In this document: positions 23,266-38,100 of the stretch, piece after piece
Layout: each line of letters opens with the position of its first letter
Position numbering within the stretch: the stretch's first letter is position 1
Assembly (NCBI RefSeq): GCF_003704095.1
Contig: NW_020846801.1
Coordinates: 248,001 to 312,000, forward strand
Direction of reading: 5' to 3'
Length of the DNA: 64,000 bases
Source of the DNA: Pocillopora damicornis
Lineage: Eukaryota
The notes under the pieces: generated by a model
Database searches by the model: none
What the model was told of the DNA's origin: nothing
The model's input: only the letters and a program-made list of their open reading frames with translations
Translations under genes and position numbers: made by a program

Positions 23266-25267
23266 ATGGAGGGAAAGCTTGTTTTTCACCTCATAGCCAT
23301 TGTGATTATGACGGGTAAGTAGATTGTGTCGTGAACAGCTTTGTGTTAATTCCAGTATCTACTCTCTTGCTCTATAAGCTTCAAGCCAAAGCCAGTTATT
23401 TGACTACAAAATTTTTTCTTCAATTTCATCTTGACGGAGAAAATGTTCTCGCTGAACCAACTATAATGAACACGTGACGTATTCATTTTTACGAAACAGG
23501 CCTTTCTACTCCAAAGGGGGTTAGATCCTTACACATGTACAGCTGTTCGTGGAAATAGGAAATCATTGATAGTCTAAAACGTTTACATCTTTTAGTTGAA
23601 ATGATAGCGGAGAAGTATCTAAATCTCTTAACGATAAAGCCGCAGTTGTATCGCAGGGAACTACATTGCACTCAACCAAACTGACTTCCATGTCGAAAGA
23701 GAAATGGACTAATATCAAAACTGAACGCCGGCTAAACCTAATGGACAAACAGTATCAAATCGAAGGCTATTCAAATTAAATTAGCCCTTTTTTTAATTTA
23801 CTGTCGTTAGGGTATGTCTGCAGCATGCATCAAGGTCACAAGAGAACTTTGACTTCCTTGGCGGCAGGTGAGACAAGGAGGATGAATTGAATGACCTTTT
23901 TTTAATTGGTTATCCAATTTGACATCAAACATACCGCACAGAGTTGTAAGTCTGCCCCCACACTATGATTAATAAGGGAGTGGACACTTAAAAAGGGCGT
24001 GGCCCATTAACTAAATTCGAGCACGGAACCACAATTAGTTGAAATATGCATAGTACACGAGTGCCAGAGGTTGAGGATTCAAGCTAATAGCTCTCATCTC
24101 TACTCAATGGAATTAAAATGCATTTGGCAGAAAATCTTATCATAACTTGAGGAACGAAGGTTCTAAATTCCGAAATGGGTAACTTTATGAATGAGTAGTA
24201 GGAGAAATCTCCTTTCATTTTAAGAAAACGCAGGGATTATTTGAGTCCATCACTAAAAAGTCTAAAAGAAGAAGATTATGCCAGTTTCATGGAGCGGAAC
24301 ACGATGGATGACTTTATGAATGCAATTGAGCTGATAACGTTTATAGTAAAGACAATCACTACCCGGAGATTGATCGTCAAATAGTGGTATTTTGACCGCA
24401 CAAATAGCATGCATCATGCAGTATGAGACTGGTGTCATAAAATGTCAGAGAGAGTCAAGCACATACGTACATTAGCCAGGCCAAGTAGTACTGATAATAA
24501 TCCGCCTTCTTCATTTTCCAGAGAAACGAGTAACGGTTTGTTCTAAACGAAAGAGTCCACTCACATGCGAGTCACCTGGATCAGCTATCGCTATAACAGG
24601 GGTCTTTTGGGGTCGGGAATCCCCTAATATTTGCCCCTCGGATGACGGCGATCCGGTGACAAACTGTCACACAGCCCCCGAGACGGAACACATCGTCAAG
24701 GAAATGTGCGAAGGAATGGGAAGTTGTGTATTGGAAGGAAAAGCCGACAAGCTACAGAAAACAAAGCATTGCTTCGGTGTCTCGAAATATCTCTCGGTGA
24801 ACTATACTTGTGTGCCTCAGAATAAAGAAGCGATTTTGTGCGACTCGGAGCGATCAATGATTTCCTGCCCGTCTGACTGGCTTCTTAGAATAAATACAGC
24901 TTTCTGGGGCCGTGACAGAACTGAAGTTTGTCCATCTGCGAAAGGGCAGGAACTCTGCCCTGGCGCATCAGAGACTGTCTCTAAACTAAGGAGTAGATGT
25001 AACAATATTCCTTTCTGCCCTTTGCAAGCGTTTTACAGGGAACTGCAAAATGGCGGCGAAAACTGTCCTCATATCGAGAAGTACCTCGTAGTGAACTACA
25101 GTTGTCGACCCAGTCCTGAAATCGGACGGCGCGGTCAGCTCGGCCTTATTCCTCTTTCAGTTTACCGCGGACTTCGAAGCCGATCGCTAATTTGGAAACC
25201 ATCCCCAATGATAAGGAGGAATAAATTTCGAAAGAAGAGTTTTCGAAGAAAGAAACTTCATTTGTAG
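23266..25267 (+). CDS. Secreted tandem SUEL / rhamnose-binding-lectin-domain protein A (~283 aa, short basic tail)
   Basis: Exons 23266-23314 (signal-like MEGKLVFHLIAIVIMT), 23811-23867, 24522-25267; two 8-Cys domains with FWGR and CxxxxKYL motifs. Confidence 0.8.
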
Positions 25268-27343
25268 GGTGTTAACGTATGTCAAAACGATCAAGTAAAA
25301 GTCATGCCAGCAATAGTATTTCCACTTATAGTCCAAGCAGAGCGTACGGAGTATTCTTTGCGGCAGAAGTTTCGGGTTTATCTCGTTACAATACACATAT
25401 ACGTCAATGCAAAAATAAACAATGCCGTCAATTTTATACCAGAGTATAACAGAGTACAACTGCCATTACAACTACCCATTGTAATATAAGAAATAATTTT
25501 GTATATAGTAAACACCGTGCACCATTTATATCGGTGGTTTGTTTGTTTGTTCTTTTTTTTTTTTGAAGTGTGCTGTACGCCTTCACAAAATTATGTGTCA
25601 TATCCCCTTGGCAACCCAAAGAAATAAATGATGGTCTTTCGACTGACCTTATCAGGAGTCCAAACTGTGATTATATTCCGTGATATTGCGCCAAAATAAC
25701 AAACTGTTTGCAAAGCGAATCTTACCGAAGAGTTGGTTTTTGATCACAACTTTGGATACTCGAAAATTAATAAATAAAATCAGTAAATAAACAGCATATT
25801 AAAGGTTTTTATCTGAATCGAAACAAATTCTGGAGTTTGTGCATCCTCTCTTAGATCTTAGGTTACCACCTTACATCTATGCACGCACTAAACGATGTGT
25901 AACCCCCACCCTCCCTACCATCAAGGTCTCTACATGAAAATAGACAGGGCGAAGACTGGTGAGAGAAGAAATATTGTACATGGGGCCGCAGAGGCATTAT
26001 TCTCTTCGATTCTTAACAGGAGGAGTAAATTTTCATGCCATCTTATCCAGCGGAGACTTAGTAAAGCGCAAGGCATTATGAATAATTTGTCAAAGGTCCC
26101 AAACCACAGCAACACCAGGATAGGGGATCAAAGGTAACCCATAACCTAGTATTCTTGCGAGTGCTAAGTTCAGAATAATAAGATTTTAACAAGAAAGAAC
26201 TACAACTAGCGAAACGTTTTGCTGTTATCTGCTCTACATCTCTTAAAGATCCTCGTGAGGTTTCTCTCCTCCGACTTGGGTTGAAAACAGTGGCTAAAAG
26301 TCGCTAAGTGGAAATAATTCTCCTGCTTTTCAAGAATCTTCATTTCGAATAATATGACACCGAGTTTAAATAATGCACGAGCGGAAACCCACCCGCAAAA
26401 AGCAGAAATTATGAAGTGTATCAAACTGAAATACGAGGAGGTTTCGCTAAAACTTTTAGAATTTGACATGGCTTTTGTTCATGAAAAAGAATTATTAGAT
26501 CACTGCGGTCCTGTTTCCAACTACGATCCGGATACATCGTGAGTGACGTCATACAATTCCTGCATAATTCACGTTTTCCGCCTGCGGTCACACAAGGATT
26601 AAAAAGAAACAAAAAAGGCAACGTGAAAAGGCCCCAACACAAGGTAACTTAGATAGTTTGAACTTACTGCTATTTTCTATTCCTCCCCCTGAATAAGAGG
26701 TTGTCATTTTGGAAACAAGACTCGTTGTCATCTTCTCAAAGTAAACCAGGCAAAGAAGAATCTTTTCGTGATAACCTGTCGTTTACAAGGCGTGAATGGT
26801 GACTAATGAAACATCGCCGGAACCCTATTTTTTTTTCGCGAAAGGTTTCTGGAGGAATGCTTTTAATCAAATATTGTTACTATAATGTTTTTTTGATACA
26901 CTTGTTGAACAATAATATTCAAAACTGTTTAGTCTAGTGTTGGTGTTATATAGCTGAGATTTGCCTTTGTTGTTAAATTTCAAGCACGTAATCTTTAACA
27001 ATGAGTCCTCCTGAGGTTATCTTATTTTTTGATTTGACGCAGAAGTCATAGGCTTTCAGTGAACTTCGCAATTATACTGATTTTCGATACAAACACTTTT
27101 AAAACGTCCTTATCTGAACAAACTGGACTAAATTTCACTCTTGACTGATCCAGGTGAAAAAAACAAATTTTGACCTGTTCTCAAATTGTTACCACCCGTT
27201 AAGAAAGTTATTCTCCGGTTTGATCTTGTGGTAACATCAAATCACAGGTACAAACACTTTGGCGCCTATTTGACCAATTCTTCGATAAAATCATAAATAT
27301 TAGTTCTCATATTTTTATTTGCTTTGCTTTTGCAAGGGCAGCG

Positions 27344-29980
27344 ATGGCAAAAAGCCGTTTCATTCACCAAATATTTGCTCTCGTCGCCTTTCTGAACGTA
27401 GCATTGGCTTATGTACAAGGTAAGTCTGGTATACCCACATGCTTAGATGTGTGCAAACGCTAAATGTTAGTGGATAAGACACACAAACGCTTTTACTTGC
27501 AGTGCACAAATCTGAAAAATGTTTGAAAAGTCGTCCAGTAGTTCAGCCTCTAAAAAGAAATTTTTTTCCTCGCCGTCTACATGCATGTGGAACCAATGTG
27601 TCATTCCTTGAATTAGAGTAGGCTCCCACGTCGCCCAAGGAAAAAAAATTTTTTTTCATACATTGGTGATACTGACTTCGCTGCGTTTTTTCCTCTGAGG
27701 TGGAGTTCACAATCAAGATGCAGGGGCTGGTTTGAGTCAGATTGACCTCGAAGCTTGTGAGTATCAAGATTCTCATAAAAAGATTAACAACGTGAACATT
27801 TGCTTGCAAGAGGACTTGTTCGCTTTTTACTACTTTTTAAGCAAACGGCACCTCAATGTATTAGCACTTAACTATGCTCTCGCGTTAATGGTGACTAATA
27901 TTTACCATAAATTAAAGAATAAGAGTCAAGAGTAAACTTCCTTTTTGCCAGGCACTTTTGGCGACCCTCAGGGAAGTTTATGGAGCGCACATAAAGATTA
28001 ATTGTTTGACTTTCTTTTATAAGGTGAACTGTTCGCGTTTTCATAAACTATTTTGGTGAATGGAACACACTCCACACCAGGATTAATGCTTGTGACTGTT
28101 TGTTCGCCCATCTTAAAAAGTGCAGCTCTGTGATAAATGATTCTTGCCCAGTTCTATAATTTATTTTGTTTCCAGCCAAGGAAATCACCGTTTGTACAAC
28201 ACAGAGGAAACCGCTGAGCTGCTCATACCCGGGCTCAAACATTGCAGTTACAGGTGTATTCTGGGGTCGCAAGTCTGCTGTGATATGTCCTTCAGATGAT
28301 GGAGATACAATGCTTGACTGCTTCACTGCACCGGAGTCAGAGGGAATAGTGAAGGGAAGATGTGAAGGAAAAGAATCGTGTGAACTTGAAGCCAGACATG
28401 CCTTGCTACAGAACACAGGATCACAACACTGCCCTGGCGTAAATAAATATTTAACTGTCAATTACACGTGTGTGCCTGATGCAAAAGAAGTCGTCATTTG
28501 TGATTCTGAAAACTCAAGCCTCACCTGCCCGGCTTCATGGAAGATTGGCGTCAATTCAGTATTCTGGGGACGCCAGTCAACCACTGTCTGTCCAGCAGAG
28601 AACGGACAGACCATGTGCACTGGGGCCCCTGAGAGTCTTGGGATTGTGAAGAAGTCATGTGATGGGTTGACCAGGTGTGACGTGCATTCTTCTTATGATC
28701 AAGTACAAAATGGCGCCGAAAACTGCCCCGGAGTTCAGAAATACTTGATAATCAACTACAGCTGTAAACCGCATCCAAACATAGGTAGGGTGTGTGAGAG
28801 TTGGTAATGCATCTCAGGAAACCGTTTATTACTCATAAACAATCTGTGACTTTTCCAGCATGCTGGATCATGTGGTTCAAAGCACTTATTCGGATTAAAG
28901 CTGTGCGGTACCTCGAGGTTACATGCACAGTTTACGAGGAGCGGTTGTAATCGGATTTTGAACAACCCAACCCTGGTGCACGTTGTACCCTGTCTCAGTA
29001 ACTGTTGATTTTGAATGGTTTCTCTTGCCTAGTCTGTTAAATATGTACGGAATGCTAAGGGAACGCAAAAAGGGGAGTAGTCATGCTCCTTGTCGCTTAA
29101 TGCCTAGAAAACCGGGATAAGTCCCGGCTGGCTGGGCCACTTGGCTTGAGTACAGACTTAACATCTTTTTTTAATTTTAATCCACATCGTAGGTACGGAA
29201 GAGGATGCCATTCAGAATGACCAGGAGGCAGTTCCCATGAAGGTCCCTCCTGCCAAACCCAAATCAGGACTGGCACCAAACGTTGTGAACGATCTTAAAC
29301 AGCTGGACGGCGGGGGCCAACAGATTGTGAAAATACCAGCTGAAGAGGGGAATAGTGTTGTTGGAGAGAACTTGAATATTGGACGACTGGGCATGGGAGG
29401 CCTCAAGGCTCTGGAGAAGATCAACAATCTTATCAAAGCGTCTGCTGAAACGCAAGATGGTGACGATCCTGGGTCGGACAATGGTTTGACAGATGAGCAA
29501 GCGCAGGCTATTGAACGTATGATAATTGAAGGAATCCATCATATAAAGAAAAAGCCGTCATTGCCATTGCCTTCTGGTACAGAGAGAGCCTCTATTCCTC
29601 GTCAGAAGAACATGCAGAAATCAATTCCCAAGCTACCGCAGGCGGCGAGAAGAAAAGGCGACCCTGTACCACTTCCGACAAAGCTTGTAACTCAAAAGAA
29701 AGCAACCAGAGCTCTACCCACTGCAGTACAGGTGGGAGTACCCAGGCTACAGAAAGAAGGGCCTAACGGCAAGGGAACACCGCCAGGTAATCAGGATCAG
29801 ATGAAAAAAACAGTACCTGGGACTAAAAGGACCTCGCTCAACGAAATAGTCCAAGTTCCAACCAAAAAGAGACCTGTTCCTGTTCTTAAAAACCAGTTCG
29901 CGGAACAAAGAAAAAACTCGCAGCCTCAGAAGCTTCGTGGCTTAGGACTTGGAAATGCAGGAGCTGGAAATTCACCTTAA
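27344..29980 (+). CDS. Secreted tandem SUEL/RBL-domain protein B (~490 aa, Pro/Lys-rich tail)
   Basis: Exons 27344-27419 (signal MAKSRFIHQIFALVAFLNVALA), 28176-28784 (2 RBL domains), 29193-29980; all phase-1 junctions in frame. Confidence 0.82.
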
Positions 29981-32125
29981 CGTATGAAAAATAAAGTCAT
30001 CGAATCAAAAGGCAAGGCGGAAATCCATCCGAGTTGATATTGCAACGGTTGCCTTAAATTGTTTGTTTGTTCGTTTGTTTGTTTTTTATATAGGAAACCG
30101 ATCCACCTTTTTGATAGATGCTTAGCGCTAGGATAATTGGCTAAGAGATTTTAGCTGATATTGTAACCGAATACGAGACTCTAGTAAAATAAGCCGAGTT
30201 AAAGTAAGTAACACTATTTTTTCACCGACAAAAAAAATTATGCACCCTGGGGTCAAGGGTAGGGTGTAAGATACTAGGTTAATAGATCATGGTTACACGC
30301 AGCAAGCATGAAAAACCTTAGGTAAACTTTCACATGAACGACTCAATAACTGCAAACATACCCAAACGAACTGAATACAGCTTTTACGCTTTCCGAGTGA
30401 ACTCTATTACCTAACTTAATGATGCTCAAATGTTTTCAATAAAGAACACAGTGAAACCATCAGTTTTGGTTTTTCCTCCTAAGGAAAATTTTCAACGGTC
30501 ATTCTAATTCCTTTGTTCCTTCCTCTTGTATCAGACCATTTCCTAGAATCTTATGTCTCCTTTCACAGGTTTTTTCACATCTCTGTTTTTTTGTCTTTTT
30601 GGTTAACGCAACATGAAGATTTAACGTGGTGCAAAATCTACCTGAAGCTGCAGAAATGCTGATTTGCTTTCCCAACAAAATGTAGCACGGAGTGAAATAT
30701 AAAAAAAAACGTATTCAGGGTCAGCCAGCACAACTAGACGAGGTTAATGCAGCCCAAAGGGGTTGAAAAACTCCTCTTCGCAACACAGTGAGTGAAGAGA
30801 AATTGTTATCTCCGGCAAAAACTGAAACGTAGTAAGCGCGTGTATCTACAGAATTGTTTTCCATACTTTTCTCAATCGTCCTCATAGTGCGCGCAACACA
30901 GGGTTGCGTTGGGGTAGAAAGGGTTGACGTGTGATTTTCCTGACTTAATGGGAGGCACACTTATGAACTCAATGTAAACAAGTCTTTTACGTTAATTCTA
31001 TCATAAATCGACTCAAACGTGGACATGCGTATAAAAAACAATAAGTACTCGACGCTTCCGAGTTCGCGGCCTACGTCTTCAACGCTCTATTGTCTTTCTC
31101 AACAGTGCGCGCTCTATGGAAAATTAACTCGCGCACCTGCAAAGTTTTGCCGTTCGACTTTTAGTGCCCTTTTTAATAGGAGAAAAGCGTTAGCGAAACA
31201 GTGATCATGGCCCAGTTCCAAAGTGGTAATTGTAGTAAGATGTCGATCATTCTACCAAGAATTCAAATGCAATTTTTTAAACAACTGATTAGTTTTTTCA
31301 CGAACAAAAAGGCCAGTTTAGAAATGCGACAAACCGGTTCAACATATTTATATGTCCTGGAATTATGAACTGAATTAAGTTTTTTTTTTTTTCCGGTAAA
31401 ACTCCAGCTTCAGATAGTTTACCAGGTTATTGTTCCACAACTGTCTGAGTTAACTCCAGTCTCAGCAGTAATGGTGTATTTTGAGGTCTCTGAAGGTTCT
31501 TTGGTATTATGACACACACCCATACGCCTCCACTGTGACACTTCAAAACCACAAGCACGATGACTATCAACCCGCTTCCCTCGATTCTCAAACATTTCAA
31601 AATTAACCTTCCCGCTCCACCCCCGTGGGGATAAACTGGGCCAAGACACTTCTTAATCCAGAGCCTAACAAACTAAGCACCAGGCCTTTGTATTTCCCAA
31701 AATATTGAAACGGTTCTCGTAGTTCCAAGAGAGATATCTCTTAGAGGTCTTAGTGAGCCTGACGTAAGACTTACAGATACAACCAACATGCATGAAATCA
31801 AACAAATTCCTTTTCTAGACAAATAAATACAGTGCTAACCAACAGTTTGGCAAATGAAATAGAAACAACTTTCTGATCCGTTGAAAACATTTAAAACGGA
31901 ATACAAAGTGTTCATAAATATTTAAAAGCAAACTGCGACATACTGACTTTTTCAGTTTGTGAGCAAGGTGACCTCCAACTGGTGCCTGGGTCAGCAAAAT
32001 GCATAGTCTACGGTTCACTTAATGGCTTTAAAATCGACTGAGGATATGATAAAATCGGTGTGGAAAACAAACCATATTTTGCGGAGAAAAACCCAACGGA
32101 AGATGTAATAGAATGTTGTCTAAGA

Positions 32126-35100
32126 ATGAAGAAATACTTGGTAACTTTCGTGTGGCTTTTGTCTTCTTTGTTTATCGATAGGGTGGAATCGACTGGTACT
32201 TTGGACCAATTATCAGGTAGGATAAAGACCTAATTCTGTCATAGTATAGTTTAGGCTACCAAAATAACAATACCAATGTTTGTGCAAATATTCAAAATCT
32301 TTAATTACTTTCACATAAACGCTTCTTGTAGAAATGCTCTAGTGAAATGAGAAAGCGTTAAATGGACCGAAAACATTGCGAATCGTGTTTTTTTTGTATA
32401 GTGTTGGATGGTTAGTCTGTTCAAGCGTTCCATCAAAGGCTTATATTCCCTGATATACGATTTTTAAGCGGTCATGTTACCGTTCGGTCGGACCAAACCG
32501 GGCTAACGGGCCAGACGTAACCATGTCACAGACCTTTCGGGTCTTAGTTTTTAGGTCTTCGTTTTCAAGTCTTCGTTTTCGGATCTTGGTTTGAGAGCTT
32601 ACATGATAGAGGTACTTAAAGGTGTTACGAGACAATGAATGCAACTGTTTGTAAATATATGTAAGCGATAGAAATGGTCAAATTTCGAAATTTATTATTT
32701 TCGTACAGGAAATATGCCTTTCCATTACAGTATGTCAATTTTCTTTGAGATCTCACAAGTATTAACCTGCAAAGAAAAGTACCCTCTTTGGCTTTTTAGT
32801 TTGAAATGAAGTTGACAGAAAATACAAGTTTAAGAAAAAACAGAAGTATTGGGAAGATTTTTTATGGGAATTATTCAGTAAGTTTCTTTTTGTTAATTAT
32901 CCGTTACTGTATCAATCTGCAGTTCGAACAGCAACCCCAGGTTCATCAGGGAGCCCAAGAAGCGAAATTGATTTGGAAACAGGTGAGATGCTGGTTGAAT
33001 AGATCGCTACATATCGATAAAGATGCATGCGAATACGAGTACAATTTTAATCTGGCAAGTGCAGTATGTTATATCATAGTTTTTGTTCAAGAATTACTCA
33101 AGCTGGCCTGGCCATTGAGAAAGACACCATACTCTTGCGCTGCCTCCCTCAGCGTAAAAATCGGATCCAGAAAATCCACGAGTATCAGAAAATTATCGAT
33201 GGAACCACATAAATGTTTGCGTCTGACTTAAGTTAAAACCTGCAGGAAGACAGAAGGACAGAAGGGGTGGGGGAGTGGAACATGCGTTGCCATCACTGAA
33301 TAAGTTTAACGAACCAATCTATGGGTAAATTTGAAGCATGTCTGAACCAGAATATTTGCGAGCAGAAGCATTTTCTGCATGAAACATTAACTGTCCGGTT
33401 TAACTTGTTTCTATCTTAGATAAGTCTGTCATTATTTGTGCTGGTCAGAACAAGTCATTGGAATGTTTCTCTCCTGGATCAACCATCGCTATAGAGGAAG
33501 CTTTCTGGGGACGCTTGTCAGCCGAAATATGCCCTTCGGAGGACGGAGACCCTGTCACGAACTGCCTCAGTGATCCCACCACCACACCTATCGTAAGGAA
33601 TCTGTGCGATGATAAGGAATACTGCGAGATACCCGCCCGGCACAACGTTCTACAGCCCCCAGGGGTTAAACACTGCCCTGGTGTAAATAAATATTTGGCT
33701 GTTAAGTATACATGTATGCCTGAAAAACGAAAATTTGTGCTGTGCAACGGTGAGACAACTGAGCTTCAGTGCGGTCAGGGATGGAAGATACATATCATGT
33801 CAGCCTACTGGGGTAGAGATTCGCCTTCTACTTGCCCTACTCCCCTGGGGAAGTTCTTCACCTGCGCAAACTCAGCAAGCAGCATTTTAGCTTTGAAGGA
33901 GAGATGTTCTGGAAGGGAGAGTTGCATTGTAACGGCAGATGATAAACATCTCACTAAAGATGGAAACCACTGTCCAGGGATTGACAAGTATGCTCTGATC
34001 AGCTACAGATGCCAGCCACCTAGTGATGTCGTGGGTAAGTAAGCTGAGCCAAAGTTGATATTAAGCAATGAAAATTTTTTTCATCTGGCGTTTTTCCTCC
34101 CTCGAGGACTGAGGTGTGAATCCTCGTGAGGTCTCTTATCTTTTCATCAAGAGAATGCTTTTTATTGACCCACGCCAGTGATTAGTAAAAACAGCTTATC
34201 TTTCCTAATTCGAAGACGGAGATACTATTACACCATCGCTCTTCAACTAATTAGGCTTTCAACTTTGCTGATCCGAACTGTGGGCAGGACGCTTGTAACA
34301 TATGAACCTAGTGGTTGGACCAGAGGTCCTAAGCTCGTTTTATGACAATTGATTAAGACATCTTTCTGTACATTTTGTTATCTTAGCAGATCTGCCCAAC
34401 TCAGATGGCGAAAAGCAGCTGCTTGAAGCATCACAACAGGACACAGTCAGACCTCTACACTCCTTGCTTCATCTGACACCAAATGCGAAGACTCCATTCC
34501 CCGCTCAGAGAGTTGGTGAACTTAACTTAAGCATGTTGCTTCCAGTTCCTCAGTACAATCATTCTGATCAGCTAAAACCAATTTTCGATTTTCTCGGAGG
34601 ACAAAGTGACGGAAAGAGTAAATCATCGCTCGGAGAAAATCTTCCTGTTCCAAAAGATTCCCGGCCGCTTTTGTCAAACAAAAAGGACACCTCAACTTCA
34701 GCAGCTCAAGGTGGCATTGGAGCTTCTTCACTCGCGAAACACAAGGGTATAACACTATCAAGAAAGCTGCCTGTGGCTAACCTCGCTTTGAACTCTGAAC
34801 CGGGCGTGGGTAATAGCCAGGAGTCTCCCACAAAAAAACCTGAGGTTATCTCACGTGTAAATCCAACTTCCTCCATGAAGTCAGTATCATCTAATGACGC
34901 GAACGTTCACGATGTCCTAAATGCGATATCGCCTTTGTCTAAAAATTCCCCTTCACAAACACCTTTAGAGTCTTCAATGAAACAATCACTAAACCCGCAA
35001 GTCTCTACTTCAATAGAGCCATTTGAGAGCCTTATAAAAACTTTTTTGACGAGCAAATTTGGACAAACGTTGTCGAAAAGTCTACTTGACTCAGGTAGAA

Positions 35101-38100
35101 CCGAGGATTCTTCATACAAAAACATAATGGCGCAGCATTTTGGCTCTGCTGTTCAAGCAAGCCCACCTTCAGTCAATAAGACACCAACAAACGAACACAT
35201 GATCGCAAATCTCCTATCCAGCCTGATACATCAATCGTCAGGCCATGGACCAGCAAGCATTTCTGCCGCAAACAAGGACAATGAACAGATAGCCACTAAG
35301 GGTAACGACAAAATGTCCTCTGCGACGATTTCTATAGGAAATAAAGAATTTTCATTGGCTGATTTATCCAAAGCGTTAAACAACGATCAGGAGGCTCCAA
35401 ATGAATTACAAGGTACAAAAACAGAAGTTCAGTCATCAAAAGAGAGTCACAAGCAGCGAACCAAAGAGAAAATTAGGAAGCTAAATGAAAAGATTGCCAC
35501 ACTAGAAACTCTAAGCGACGCATTGGATGCTTTAACAACGCGACTATCGCCAGAGGAAAGCCAAGGAGAAAACAAGCAGGAAGAAATCTCGCCCAGCTCA
35601 GAGGAACCAGTCTCTTCAGGGCGAGACAGACGTAGAAAGCATCATACGCATCATCGTCGTCATCATCAAAGTTATGAGTTCACGCAAGACATGAATATGA
35701 TAGGATCCCTCTTAGGTTGGGATACACCCGATACAGAGGTAGAGAAGGAAACTCCTCTCGTTCGAAAAAAGGATGAGGATTCGAACTCAATTGAGGGGAT
35801 AAATGGGAATAAAGGGTTAAGTTCAAAAGACTTACAAACTTTGCAAAGCAAGATAAATCAGGCGATAGAGCTGGCTGAAACTGCAGGAAGAAAGAACGAT
35901 TCTAAGAGGCCAACTCCATCCGCGTTGTTACCGCTCCTTTTATCGGGAAAGTTAGATGAAGATGTTGGGGCACAAACACGAGAAGAAGTAGCAACCATTC
36001 ATTCCAGCCAAGGATCATCAAAAGGATTTCTTCCAGCCACGGACAAGGAGCTGCAAGCGTTGCAAGATATTTTAACTAGGCTGATTGACAACGCCATGAG
36101 AAAGGGTACATTGAAGCAGTTAGTGAAACGATGGGATAAGAGTGGAGGTCCGTTTGCAGACATTGCAAGAAACATATCAGAATATTTAAAGGGAAACAGC
36201 AAAATGAAAAGACCAGTTACACTGCTGGGAGTTGCAAAAAACTTTGCCGGTAAAGGTGCAACAGTTCCAAGTAATTTGACTTCCCAGTTGTCAAAAGGCG
36301 CTGCGGGTCAAAACAGTAGATTTAACGATATCAAAACGTCTGCTCTTTTTACTGAAGCTGTGAACGAACTGCTTGGAGCACTTTCGAAGCGCCATGGACT
36401 ACACAGAAGAAATTCCACGAACCGTTCGTCATTTGTGTCAACTAATACTCTCGTTAACTTTAAAGGAGTACTTCTTGGAGGGCGCATTAACAAGCTCCCA
36501 CCCCCAGAAGATCCGCTAGCTGTCATGGAAAGTAAGGTCCTTGCAGAAATCTTGAGCGGAAAACAAAACAAAACGCTCGTCAAAAATTCTTCTGGAGCTA
36601 ACAAAGCACTGAATAAAGATAGCAGCAGAATTGACCTGACGCACAATAATCACACACAACTGGTTCAACATCCTTTAGGTGAACAGAGTAAACAAAAACT
36701 CTCCTTCTCAAGCTATGAAAAAAAGAATGTATCTAAAAGCATTCGGAATAACACCTTAATGGATTTCATGAACAGTATGGAGATATCTGAGAGAGCTAAA
36801 AGCCTTCCAAAGAATGCTAAACCTGGTAATAAACATTCTAAAGTGAGTCCTCATATCGATGATTTGATGACGGTGATTGCAGCAAGTCTATTAGATCTTA
36901 ATGAGGTCAAAGAGGGGAACTCTTCAAAACACAAGCCATTAATAAAATACGACGAAAGTGGTATTGATAAATTTCCAAATGACCATAAGATAAGCGACTT
37001 TTCTAGTGGAGACGCTATACTGCAAGCACCCACAGATCACTCAGCAAATGTTACCAGCAATACCAGCAGCAGTAATCGATCCAGTGAGCTGAATAAGTCT
37101 ACGAAATTGCCTATTAAAGTTACTTTGCAACAGAATAATACGAAAGACGTTTTACCCAATGAAAAAGCCAAAGTTACAGCTGGAGGAACCCAGAAAATTG
37201 ACTCCGGTGATCAGACAGTAACGTTAACTTTGGAAACGTTAGATGACGTTCCCACGCCCTCCCAGCCACCCGATGAAACGTCAACGATACAAACCGGATT
37301 ACGTAATAACAAAGTGCCACATTACCTCAACGTTCAATCAGTGGTAACACTAGGTAAAATAAACGCCACTCATGCGAAAGATAAAGAGCATTCCTTTACA
37401 CAAAGAATAATCAAAGAGGAACCAAAGGTGGAATCTGATTTTACCGCAGACACAAGGAAGCCTGAAGTAGCTTTGCCATCAGATGATGACGGAAAATTAA
37501 CGACCATCTCGGCTTCCCCTGAGTTAAATCCTGAAACTGAGGAAAATACCCAGAAGCCCTCAAACCCAGATCTTCCCCTAAATTTGCAAATGAATGCCAT
37601 AGGTAGAATAGCAGGAAATACTGACCAGTCATCCTTCACACCCGCTGATCTATCTGCTGCCTTGACGTCGATTCCAGAGCTCTCCACTGGATCCTTGGCC
37701 TCTAACAATGGCGAGACAAAATCTTTCGAAGACAAAGTTTTACCAATAGCCTCAGATTTAACACTTTCAACCGATTCTAAAAGTAGAGAAACCGAGAGTA
37801 TCGTTTCAAAAGTGTCACCTTCTAATGATTACAATTCTAGCCTTAACAAACCAAGTTCTACTACTATCACACAAGGAGGCGACACCACACCAACTGCGGC
37901 TGAAATACGAGAAATATCAACCTCAATCAAGGCTTTGTTGAAAGTTCTGAACACCTATTCAAAGAAGTTAAGACTTGAGGGCGATCAAGGCGAAGAAGCT
38001 TCACCGAAGGGCACACTCCCTACAAGTAGCAGCACAGTCAGTAAAATGAACACTAGTGGTACAAAAGTAAAGGAAGAGGAGCTGAAAAAACCTTGGAAAA

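Noticed and set aside
32806-33231. 141-aa ORF in lectin C intron 1
   Set aside because: Intronic, no motif; similar AT-rich text occurs near 27732-27790, suggesting a non-coding relic.
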